Made by a program: the position numbers and the translations under genes | Shown here: positions 9,301-17,713 of the stretch, in pieces | How positions within the stretch are numbered: the first letter of the stretch is position 1 | How the letters are laid out: every line of letters begins with the position of its first letter | The notes under the pieces: generated by a model | Seen by the model: the letters and a program-made list of their open reading frames with translations, nothing else | The model's database searches: none | What the model was told of the DNA's origin: nothing | Assembly: GCA_035689325.1 (NCBI GenBank) | Contig: DASSLQ010000151.1 | Location: 586 to 64,585, forward strand | Direction of reading: 5' to 3' | DNA from: Burkholderiales bacterium | GTDB taxonomy: Bacteria; Pseudomonadota; Gammaproteobacteria; Burkholderiales; SG8-39 | DNA length: 64,000 nucleotides

Positions 9301-9771
9301 GTGGACGACATCAACACGCTGCGGCGCATCCTGCGCGAGAACCACACCATCGCGGTGGTGGGGCTGTCGGCAGACTGGTATCGCCCGAGCTACTTCGCCG
9401 CGAAGTACATGCAGGAGCACGGCTACCGCGTCGTGCCGGTGAATCCGAAGTACCGCGAGATCCTCGGCGAGAAGTGCTATCCGTCGCTGCGCGAGGTGCC
9501 CGACAAGATCGACATCGTCGATGTGTTTCGCAAGACCGCGGACGTCGTCCCAATTGCCGAGGACGCCATTGCCATTGGCGCGAAAGTGCTATGGCAGCAG
9601 CTCGGGGTGCGCAACGAGGCGGCGGCGGCCAAGGCGCGCGCCGCCGGCCTGGACGCCGTCATGGACCGCTGCGTCAAGATCGAGCACGGGCGGCTCTTCG
9701 GCGGACTCAACTGGGTCGGTGTGAATACGCACATAATCTCGGCAAAACGCCCGCGCTGGCTCGCTTACTAG
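9301..9771 (+). CDS. CoA-binding domain protein (YneT/YccU-like)
   Basis: LRENHTIAVVGLSADWYRPSYFAAKYMQEHGYRVVPVNPKY...IDIVDVFR. The start is uncertain. GTG 9301 gives a family-typical length of about 156 aa; ATG 9232 is the alternative. Confidence 0.7.
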   Translation: MDDINTLRRILRENHTIAVVGLSADWYRPSYFAAKYMQEHGYRVVPVNPKYREILGEKCYPSLREVPDKIDIVDVFRKTADVVPIAEDAIAIGAKVLWQQLGVRNEAAAAKARAAGLDAVMDRCVKIEHGRLFGGLNWVGVNTHIISAKRPRWLAY

Positions 9772-9797
9772 GGTCGTATAGGAGTATCTTTCCGTCA

Positions 9798-10616
9798 ATG
9801 GGGAGGACGTTGAGACTTAGCGAGGGCCGCTTCGGCCGCCTGGTGCTGGCCGAGCTGGCTGCCGGCGACCGGCTGGAGGCGCAGGCCGATCCGGTCATCG
9901 TGCTGCAGAGCCGCTACGACAGCGTGCTCTTCCTCAATCCCGGCGAACACCACGTCACCACCGGTCCCACGCGCGTGCTGGCGCTGCATGCGGGACGCGA
10001 CTGGCTGCGCTCCTGTTTCCCGGCGGTCTTCGAGACGGACGAGCGCCACCCGTTCACGCAGACCGCCGAGGCCATCACGCCGCGCATCCGCCAGCTCGCC
10101 GACGCGCTGGCGGTGGAAGTGCAGAACGACCGCTTCCTCTCGCCGGAGCGCCTCGAATTCATGCTGCAGGAGCTGCTGCTCTCGATCGTCGAGACCTATT
10201 TCGCCGGGCGGCGTGCGCAATCGCGCCTGTGGCGCGGCTCGCGCTTCGAAGACACGCGCATCCGGCGCGCGATCGCGCTGCTGCGCGCGCGGCCGAACAA
10301 GGAGCTGAACATGGACGAGCTTGCGAGCCAGGTCGGGCTTTCGCGCTCGCGCTTCTACGATCTGTTCCAGCTCTGCACCGGCTTCTCGCCGCGGGTCTAC
10401 CTCGACATGCTGTGCATCGAGACGGCGATCTCGCGGCTCTCCTCCGGCCGCGGCAAGATCGGCGAGGTCGCGGCCGAGCTCGGCTTCTCGGCCCAGAGCA
10501 ACTTCACGCGCTTTTTCCTGAACCAGGTCGGCGTGCCGCCCTCCGAATATCGCCGGGCGACGAGCGCCCAGCGCGAGCAGCCCACCTCGCCGCCAAACTC
10601 CGAGCAAAAGCAGTAG
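9798..10616 (+). CDS. AraC-family transcriptional regulator
   Basis: The C-terminal AraC HTH pair (MDELASQVGLSRSRFYDLFQLCTGFSPRVYL...AAELGFSAQSNFTRFFLNQVGVPPSEYR) follows an N-terminal cupin-like sensing domain. The start is internal to track ORF 9474..10616. Confidence 0.85.
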   Translation: MGRTLRLSEGRFGRLVLAELAAGDRLEAQADPVIVLQSRYDSVLFLNPGEHHVTTGPTRVLALHAGRDWLRSCFPAVFETDERHPFTQTAEAITPRIRQLADALAVEVQNDRFLSPERLEFMLQELLLSIVETYFAGRRAQSRLWRGSRFEDTRIRRAIALLRARPNKELNMDELASQVGLSRSRFYDLFQLCTGFSPRVYLDMLCIETAISRLSSGRGKIGEVAAELGFSAQSNFTRFFLNQVGVPPSEYRRATSAQREQPTSPPNSEQKQ

Positions 10617-10651
10617 CGCGCCGGCGCGCCGGCCGCGGCTAGAATCGGCCG

Positions 10652-11941
10652 ATGGCGGACCGCAAATTCGGCTTCGAAACGCTGTGCCTGCACGCGGGCC
10701 AGATTCCGGACCCGGCGACTGGCGCGCGCGCCGCGCCGATCTACCAGACGACGTCCTTCGTCTTCGACTCGGCCGACCACGCCGCGAGCCTCTTCAACCT
10801 GCAGACCTTCGGCAACGTCTACTCGCGCATCTCCAATCCGACGGTCGCAGTGTTCGAGGAGCGCATGGCCGCGCTGGAAAGCGGCCGCTCGGCGCTCGCC
10901 TGCGCCACCGGCCAGGCGGCGGAGGTCACGGCAATCCTCACTCTGTGCTCGGGCGGCGACCACATCGTGTCCGCCTCCACACTCTATGGCGGCACGCACA
11001 CGCTGCTCAACGTCAACCTGAAGAAGCTCGGCATCGACACGACGTTCGTCGCGCCGGACGAGCCGGAGAACTTCCGCCGCGCGATACGCAAGAACACCAA
11101 GCTGCTGTACGCCGAGACGCTCGGCAACCCGCTCATCAACATCGTCGACATCGAGGCGCTCGCCAGGATCGCGCACGAGGCCGAGATCCCGCTCGTCGTG
11201 GACAACACCGTGCCCTCGCCCTACCTGTGCCGTCCGTTCGAATGGGGCGCGGACATCGTCGTGCATTCGGCGACCAAGTACATCGGCGGCCACGGCACGA
11301 CGATGGGCGGCGTGATCGTCGAGTCGGGCAAATTCAACTGGGGCAACGGCAAATTCCCCGAGTTCACCTCGCCCTCGCCCGGCTACCACGGCGTCATCTT
11401 CCACGAGACCTTCGGCGACTTCGGCTTCACGATGAAGGCGCGCATGGAGATCATGCGCACGTTCGGCCCGGCGCTCTCGCCGATGAACGCCTGGCTCCTG
11501 CTGCAGGGACTCGAGTCGCTGCACGTGCGCATGGAACGGCACTGCGAGAACGCGCTGGGCGTTGCGAAGTTCCTGCGCGAGCACCCGCGCGTTGCCTGGG
11601 TCAACTACCCGGGGTTGCCGGACAACAAGTACCACCGTCTTGCGCAGAAATATCTGCCCAAGGGCGCCTCGGGCCTGCTCAACTTCGGCGTCAAGGGCGG
11701 CGCCAAGGCCGGCGAGCGCTTCATCGAGGCGGCGCAGTTCATGAGCCATCTCGCGAACATCGGCGATGCGAAGACGCTGGTCATTCACCCGGCGTCAACC
11801 ACCCACCGGCAGATGGAGGAAGCGGACCTGCTGAAAGCCGGCGTAACGCCCGACATGGTGCGCATGTCGGTGGGCATCGAGACGCTCGACGACATCCTCT
11901 GGGACATCGACCAGGCGCTAAACGAGGCGGCAAAAGCATGA
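10652..11941 (+). CDS. metY: O-acetylhomoserine aminocarboxypropyltransferase/sulfhydrylase
   Basis: FETLCLHAGQIPDPATGARAAPIYQTTSFVFDS...YSRISNPT...HSATKYIGGHG, the Cys/Met-metabolism PLP family with the PLP lysine in SATKY. Confidence 0.92.
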   Translation: MADRKFGFETLCLHAGQIPDPATGARAAPIYQTTSFVFDSADHAASLFNLQTFGNVYSRISNPTVAVFEERMAALESGRSALACATGQAAEVTAILTLCSGGDHIVSASTLYGGTHTLLNVNLKKLGIDTTFVAPDEPENFRRAIRKNTKLLYAETLGNPLINIVDIEALARIAHEAEIPLVVDNTVPSPYLCRPFEWGADIVVHSATKYIGGHGTTMGGVIVESGKFNWGNGKFPEFTSPSPGYHGVIFHETFGDFGFTMKARMEIMRTFGPALSPMNAWLLLQGLESLHVRMERHCENALGVAKFLREHPRVAWVNYPGLPDNKYHRLAQKYLPKGASGLLNFGVKGGAKAGERFIEAAQFMSHLANIGDAKTLVIHPASTTHRQMEEADLLKAGVTPDMVRMSVGIETLDDILWDIDQALNEAAKA

Positions 11942-12993
11942 TCAGTTACCAGGTCACCGAGCACGGCAAACCGCTGCAGAAGGTCCTCGCCGACACGCCG
12001 AAGCCGCAGGGCGCCGAAGTGCTGATGCGCGTCACCCGCGCCGGCGTCTGCCATTCGGATCTGCACATCTGGGACGGCTACTTCGACCTTGGTGGCGGCA
12101 AGCGTTTTTACGTGAAGGAGCGCGGCTGCGTGCCTCCCTTCACGCTCGGCCACGAACCCTTCGGCGTGGTCGAGGCGCTCGGGCCACGCGCGCGCGGTGT
12201 GAAAGTAGGTGACAGGCGCCTCGTCTACCCGTGGATCGGCTGCGGCAAGTGCGCCGTGTGCAAGAGCGGCCAGGACAATTACTGCGTTTCGGGCACGCGC
12301 TACCTCGGCGTCAATCGCGCCGGTGCCTATGCCACACATGTGCTGGTGCCGCACGCCAAGTACCTCATTGATACGCGCGGCATCGACGACGCCTTTGCCG
12401 CGACGCTCGCCTGCTCGGCGCTCACCACCTATAGCGCGGCGCAAAAGCTCCCGCCGCTCGGCGCAAAGGATGAAGTCGCGGTGCTGGGCTGCGGCGGCCT
12501 CGGGCTGATCGCCATCTCGGTCCTGCGCGCCCAAGGCACGAAGAACATCGTCGCCTGCGACATCGACGACGCGAAGCTCGGCGTTGCCGCGAAGCTGGGC
12601 GCCAAGCGGACCGTCAACACGCGCGCGCCGGATGCGGCGGAGCAGATGCGCGGCATCGCCGCTGCGCTCGATTTCGTCGGCAGCCCGGCCACGGCGGCAC
12701 TCGGCATCGGCGCCTTGCGCAAAGGCGGCCGCTACATCATCTGCGGACTGTACGGCGGGGAGCTGGTGCATCCGCTGCCGCCGATCGCGCAGCGCGCGAT
12801 CGGCATCATCGGCTCCTATGTCGGCAAGCTGCAGGAGCTGAAGGAGGTCGTGGCGCTGGCGAAGAAGGGGAAGCTGAAGCCGCTGCCGGTGACGACGCGG
12901 CCCGGTTCCGAGGCAAGCGCCGCGCTCGAGGATCTCAAGGCCGGCCGCGTTGTCGGACGGCTAGTGCTCGATTTCGAAATGGTGGACGCATGA
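11938..12993 (+). CDS. zinc-dependent alcohol dehydrogenase family oxidoreductase
   Basis: ATGA overlap with metY. GVCHSDLH zinc motif, structural-zinc Cys cluster CGKCAVCKSGQDNYC, and Rossmann VLGCGGLGL. Confidence 0.85.
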   Translation: MISYQVTEHGKPLQKVLADTPKPQGAEVLMRVTRAGVCHSDLHIWDGYFDLGGGKRFYVKERGCVPPFTLGHEPFGVVEALGPRARGVKVGDRRLVYPWIGCGKCAVCKSGQDNYCVSGTRYLGVNRAGAYATHVLVPHAKYLIDTRGIDDAFAATLACSALTTYSAAQKLPPLGAKDEVAVLGCGGLGLIAISVLRAQGTKNIVACDIDDAKLGVAAKLGAKRTVNTRAPDAAEQMRGIAAALDFVGSPATAALGIGALRKGGRYIICGLYGGELVHPLPPIAQRAIGIIGSYVGKLQELKEVVALAKKGKLKPLPVTTRPGSEASAALEDLKAGRVVGRLVLDFEMVDA

Positions 12994-14621
12994 ACGATCG
13001 CAGCAGGATGGCCGAACTGGCGAGTGAGGCTGGCACGCCGTTCTCCTGGACCAATCCGTACGCCTGGCCGCGCAAACCGCTGCTTGCGCAGAACGTCGTC
13101 GCCACTTCGCAGCCGCTCGCCGCACAGGCCGGCCTGCAGATGCTGGCGGCGGGCGGCAACGCAGTGGACGCGATTCTCGCCACTGCCATTACGCTCAGCC
13201 TGGTGGAGCCGGTATCGAACGGCATCGGCTCCGACGCCTATGCCATCGTCTGGGACGGCCGGCGGCTGCACGGGCTCAACGCTTCCGGTCGCTCGCCGCA
13301 GGCGTGGACGCTCGATTACTTCCGCGGCAAGTACCAGCGCATGCCGGTACGGGGCTGGGACACGGTGACGGTGCCGGGATGTGTCGGCGCATGGGTCGAG
13401 CTGCACGCGCGCTGGGGCAAGCTGCCGTTCCGCAAGCTCTTCGAGCGCGCAATCGAGTACGGGCGCGAGGGCTTCCTCGTCTCACCGACCATCGCCGGCC
13501 AGTGGCAGAAGCAGGTTCCGGAGCTCAAGGAGCAGCCGGGGTTCGCGCAGGCCTTCCTGCCCGGCGGCCGGGCGCCGCGCGCCGGTGAGCGCTTCAAGTT
13601 CCCGGCGCACGCCCGCGCGCTGGAGAGAATCGCCGCCACCAAGGGCAAGGCGTTCTACAAAGGCGAGTACGCGGAGAAGCTCGAGGCGCACGCGCGCAAG
13701 CACGGTGGCGCGATGCGTGCAGCCGACCTCGCGGCCAACCGGCCCGACTGGGTGAAGCCGCTCGCGATGGATTACCGCGGCTACACGCTGCACGAGATCC
13801 CGCCCAACGGTCAGGGCATCGTCGCCCTGATGGCGCTCGGCATGCTGCAGCACTTCGACGTGCGGTCTTTGCCGGTCGACGCTCCCGACAGCGTGCATGT
13901 CCAGATCGAGGCGATGAAGCTCGCTTTCGCCGATGCCCGGCGCTACGTCGCCGACATCGACCACATGGTCGCCGTGCGCTGCGAGCACCTGCTCGATCCG
14001 GCCTATCTCGGGTCGCGCGCCAGGCTCATCGACATGAAGCGCGCCCAGGACTTCGGCCACGGCAAGCCGCCGCTGAGCGGCACGGTGTACCTCGCCGCGG
14101 CGGACGCATCCGGGATGATGGTGTCGTTCATCCAGTCGAACTACATGGGCTTCGGCTCCGGCGCCGTCGTCGACGGCATCTCGCTGCAGAACCGCGGCGC
14201 CACCTTCGTCTTGGACGAGGAACATCCGAACTGCGTCGGGCCCGGCAAGCGCCCCTACCAGACCATCATCCCGGGCTTCGTCACGCGCGACGGCAAGCCG
14301 CTGATGAGCTTCGGCGTGATGGGCGGCACGATGCAGCCGCAAGGCCACGCGCAGGTGCTGGTGCGCATCGCCGATTACGGCCAAAGCCCGCAGGCCGCCT
14401 GCGACGGTCCGCGCTTCCGCGTCGTGCAGGGCATGGACGTCAGCGTCGAGGAGGGCCGCTTCCCCGCCGCGACGCTGGACGAGCTGCAGCGCCGCGGCCA
14501 TCGCATCGTCACGATCGACGACTACAACCAGTTCGGAGCCGCGCAGCTCATCTGGAAGCTTGACGGCGGCTACTACGTCGCGAGCGATCCGCGGCGCGAT
14601 GGACAGGCAGTGGGGTTCTGA
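12990..14621 (+). CDS. ggt: gamma-glutamyltransferase family protein (no signal peptide)
   Basis: ATGA overlap with the adh gene. ATSQPLAAQAGLQMLAAGGNAVDA, autoprocessing/nucleophile Thr in PLSGTVYLAAAD, and GGTMQPQGH near the C-terminus. The N-terminus is hydrophilic. Confidence 0.88.
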   Translation: MNDRSRMAELASEAGTPFSWTNPYAWPRKPLLAQNVVATSQPLAAQAGLQMLAAGGNAVDAILATAITLSLVEPVSNGIGSDAYAIVWDGRRLHGLNASGRSPQAWTLDYFRGKYQRMPVRGWDTVTVPGCVGAWVELHARWGKLPFRKLFERAIEYGREGFLVSPTIAGQWQKQVPELKEQPGFAQAFLPGGRAPRAGERFKFPAHARALERIAATKGKAFYKGEYAEKLEAHARKHGGAMRAADLAANRPDWVKPLAMDYRGYTLHEIPPNGQGIVALMALGMLQHFDVRSLPVDAPDSVHVQIEAMKLAFADARRYVADIDHMVAVRCEHLLDPAYLGSRARLIDMKRAQDFGHGKPPLSGTVYLAAADASGMMVSFIQSNYMGFGSGAVVDGISLQNRGATFVLDEEHPNCVGPGKRPYQTIIPGFVTRDGKPLMSFGVMGGTMQPQGHAQVLVRIADYGQSPQAACDGPRFRVVQGMDVSVEEGRFPAATLDELQRRGHRIVTIDDYNQFGAAQLIWKLDGGYYVASDPRRDGQAVGF

Positions 14622-15239
14622 ATGCTCAAGATCTGGGGCCGCACGAACTCGGTGAACGTAAAGAAGGCGCTGTGGGCCGCGGAGGAGCTCGGGCTCGAGT
14701 ACCAGCGCATCGACGCCGGCATGGAGCACGGCGTGACGAAGACCCCGGAGTACATGCGCATGAACCCGAACTCGCTCGTGCCGACGATCGAGGACGACGG
14801 CTTCGTGCTGTGGGAGTCGCACACCATCGTGCGCTATCTCTGCGCGAAGCACGCGGCCGGCACGCTCTGGCCGACGGACCTGCGCGCGCGTGCCGATGCC
14901 GAGCGCTGGATGGACTGGGCGTTCACGTTCCAGCGGGCGATGCGCGATGTGTTCTGGGGGCTGATCCGCACGCCGGCGGAAAAGCGCGACATGAAGGCGA
15001 TCGAGGCGGGGCGCGAGCAGACGGCGAAGCTGCTGCCGGTGCTGGAGCAGAACCTCGTGAACAGGCGCTACGTCACCGGCGGCACGTTCACCATGGGAGA
15101 CATTCCGATCGGCTGCGAGCTGCAGCGCTGGATGCGCGTGCCGATCGAGCGGCCGCGTTTCCCGGCCGTCGACGCCTGGTTCGAGCGGCTGCGCGAGCGG
15201 CCTGCCTACCGCAAGTTCGTCGACATCCCGCTCAGTTAG
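14622..15239 (+). CDS. glutathione S-transferase
   Basis: It starts one nt after the ggt stop. The N-terminal thioredoxin-like GST domain (KIWGRTNSVNVKKALWAAEELGLEY...NPNSLVPTIEDDGFVLWESHTIVRYL) is followed by a helical C-domain. Confidence 0.88.
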   Translation: MLKIWGRTNSVNVKKALWAAEELGLEYQRIDAGMEHGVTKTPEYMRMNPNSLVPTIEDDGFVLWESHTIVRYLCAKHAAGTLWPTDLRARADAERWMDWAFTFQRAMRDVFWGLIRTPAEKRDMKAIEAGREQTAKLLPVLEQNLVNRRYVTGGTFTMGDIPIGCELQRWMRVPIERPRFPAVDAWFERLRERPAYRKFVDIPLS

Positions 15240-16227
15240 CGCGCGCGAGCACGGCGTCGCGCTCGGCCTGCGGCTCGTGCGCGAGCTCGCGGGCGCGCGC
15301 GTAGAACCGGTCGAGGTTGCCGCCCGAGGCCGCGAGCAAGCGCTCGAACGCCGGCACCAGGTCGGTATAGAGCGCCACCGAGACGAGGAAAGCATTGTTC
15401 GGTTCGGCCGGCACGACCGTCGGGAAGGCAGTGCGCAGACGCTCGAACTCGCCGCGCTTTTGCTCGAGCATCTCCTCGCGCGGCAGGTGCGACGCGTAAA
15501 TCGTCTTCAGGCGCTCGCGCGTCTCCTTGATGCGGGCGTAGAAGTCCCGTTTTCGCTGCTGCCCGGACCGGAAAGCCTCGAGCTCGGTAGTGCGGTGCTG
15601 CGACTCGAGCCAGCGCCGCACGCCCTCGTCCTCAACCGCGACGGCAAAAGACTCGTTGAACGTGGTGTCGTTCTTGGCGTAGACGAGCTGGTGCGCGAGC
15701 TCGTGGAACACGAGCCGCGCCACCTGCGCCTCCGGATAGCGGATGAAAGTCGAAAGCAGCGGATCGTCGAACCAGCCGAGCGTCGAATAGGCGAGCACGC
15801 CGCCCACGTACACATCGAAGCCTTCCTTGCGCAGTCTTTCGGCGTAGCGCTTCGCCTCCTCCTCCGAGAAGAAGCCGCGATAGGCGACGCAGCCGGTGAA
15901 GGGAAAGCATTCCGGCTTGGGGTCGACCGAGAACTCGGGCGCCGCGAACACATTCCACACCGCGTAGCGCCGGCCGAGATCGGCGTAGGAGGTGTAGCTG
16001 CGGTTCTCGGGCAGATGCAGATCGTGCGAGGCGAATTCGCGGATGTGCTGCGCCGTTTCGAGGCGCGTCTTGAGATCCGCCGGCGTCGCCGGGTCGGCAA
16101 GCCAGTCGTCGATCGGGCGCGCCGCCGCCAGCAGGTGGAAATGCCCGCCGATCGCCTGCGAGTAGTACGAAAGCGATTCGCAGCCCGCCACCAGCGCTAC
16201 CACGAGAAGCGCGACCAGCGTCTTCAT
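15232..16227 (-). CDS. predicted zinc aminopeptidase lipoprotein (PF10023-like)
   Basis: Lipobox LVAGC at the N-terminus and HELAHQ zinc motif. Family recognition is from memory of 'putative aminopeptidase' proteins. Confidence 0.7.
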   Translation of the reverse strand: MKTLVALLVVALVAGCESLSYYSQAIGGHFHLLAAARPIDDWLADPATPADLKTRLETAQHIREFASHDLHLPENRSYTSYADLGRRYAVWNVFAAPEFSVDPKPECFPFTGCVAYRGFFSEEEAKRYAERLRKEGFDVYVGGVLAYSTLGWFDDPLLSTFIRYPEAQVARLVFHELAHQLVYAKNDTTFNESFAVAVEDEGVRRWLESQHRTTELEAFRSGQQRKRDFYARIKETRERLKTIYASHLPREEMLEQKRGEFERLRTAFPTVVPAEPNNAFLVSVALYTDLVPAFERLLAASGGNLDRFYARARELAHEPQAERDAVLARAN

Positions 16228-16829
16228 GCGAAGCGCCCCGTGCGCAGGAAATGCTCGACCAGCGTGCCCACGCGTGCGGAGACCGTGAGCAGGCTGTGTC
16301 CCGTGCGCACCAGCGCGCGTTCGCTCATGCCGTCGACGGTCGTTTCATGCACGCATACCACGCCATCATTGTCGCCGGGCAGCTGGCCAAACGCCCGGCC
16401 GAATCCAAGCGGCAGCGTGCCGGCGATCACACCGAGGCGCTCGGGACGTTGCCAGCGCGCCTCATTGCTCTCCCAGCGCGCCGCGCAAGCACCGAGGAGC
16501 CAGCGGCCGAACGAATGCGAGCCGAACCTCCGCCCCGCGTAGCAGCCGCGCACCGGCGCGCCGAGCAGGACCACGTTGCCGCTCGCAATCTCGGGATGGC
16601 GCACGAGCATGTCATAGATCAGCACGCCGCCCAAGCTGTGGCCGACGAGGTGCACACTGCGCCCGTCGATGAAGCGCGCCAGGCGCTCGATGTTCGCCTC
16701 GAGCGGCGCACGACCGCGGTAGCCGAAACGGCGTGTCGCATAGCCGCTTCTTCCAAGGCGCGCAGCGAGCAGCGTCATGATCGCCGTCGGCACCCAGAGG
16801 CCGGGAACGAGGACCACTTCGCTCGTCAT
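16224..16829 (-). CDS. small alpha/beta hydrolase (lipase/esterase-like)
   Basis: GHSLGG nucleophile elbow, DGVV acid and a distal His. ATGA overlaps on both sides. Confidence 0.7.
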   Translation of the reverse strand: MTSEVVLVPGLWVPTAIMTLLAARLGRSGYATRRFGYRGRAPLEANIERLARFIDGRSVHLVGHSLGGVLIYDMLVRHPEIASGNVVLLGAPVRGCYAGRRFGSHSFGRWLLGACAARWESNEARWQRPERLGVIAGTLPLGFGRAFGQLPGDNDGVVCVHETTVDGMSERALVRTGHSLLTVSARVGTLVEHFLRTGRFA

Positions 16830-17713
16830 GCGTTCTTGAGCTTGCGCACCGCCTCGAGCAGCGCCTGCGCGCGGTAGGCGACCGGGTAGTCGATCATCTG
16901 CCCGTCGACCTGGATCGCCGCCTGGCCGCGGCTCTCGGCCTCGCGGAACGCGGCGACGATGCGCTCGGCGGCGGCGAGCTCGTCACGGCTGGGAAGGTAA
17001 GCGGCGTTCACCGGCGCGATCTGATCCGGATGCACGCAGCAGCGCCCTTGGAAGCCGCCGCGGCGGCTGCGCTCGAGCGCCCGCGCAAAGGCTTCGCTTT
17101 CCTTGAAGTGGAACCAGGGACTGTCGATCGGGTTTTCCATCCCGGCGGCGCGCGAAGCGAGCACGATGCGCGCGCGCGCGTCCGCAAGCTCGGGCTCATC
17201 CAGCGTCGGCGAGAGGCCGATGTCGTTCGCATAGTCGGCGGCGCCGAAGCAGACGCGCTTCACGCGCCAGGGCGCGCGATAAGGCCGCAGGTTTCGCGCC
17301 TGCAGGATGCGATCGACGCGCTGCACGCCCGCCGCGGTCTCGATCTGCGGCATGAGGTCGAGCGAGCCCTCGGCGATGCCGCGCTCGCGCTCGAGGTTGG
17401 CCATCAGCCAGTCGATCGCATGCAGGTCGGCCGCGCTCTCGATCTTGGGCACGACGACGCCGTCGAGCCCGGGCGCAAGCGTCTCGGCGAGATCACCGTA
17501 GCAGTACGGCGTGGCCGGCGCGTTGACGCGCACATAGAGCAGGCATTGCCGCGGGCTGCCGAGCGCGCCGAGCACGCTCTTGCGGCTCGGTGCCTTGTCG
17601 GCCGGCGCCACCGAATCCTCGAGGTCGAGGATCACCGCATCCGCGGCGAGCGAGAGCGACTTCTCGACGCGGCGCGGCACGTTGGCCGGCGTGAAGAGGA
17701 ACGAGCGAATCAT
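16826..17713 (-). CDS. HpcH/HpaI aldolase / citrate lyase beta subunit-like CoA-ester lyase (CitE family)
   Basis: True start is at 17713 (MIRSFLFTPANVPRRVEKSLSLAADAVILDLEDSVAP), the canonical CitE N-terminus. It overlaps the SBP stop (ATGA). Confidence 0.85.
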   Translation of the reverse strand: MIRSFLFTPANVPRRVEKSLSLAADAVILDLEDSVAPADKAPSRKSVLGALGSPRQCLLYVRVNAPATPYCYGDLAETLAPGLDGVVVPKIESAADLHAIDWLMANLERERGIAEGSLDLMPQIETAAGVQRVDRILQARNLRPYRAPWRVKRVCFGAADYANDIGLSPTLDEPELADARARIVLASRAAGMENPIDSPWFHFKESEAFARALERSRRGGFQGRCCVHPDQIAPVNAAYLPSRDELAAAERIVAAFREAESRGQAAIQVDGQMIDYPVAYRAQALLEAVRKLKNA

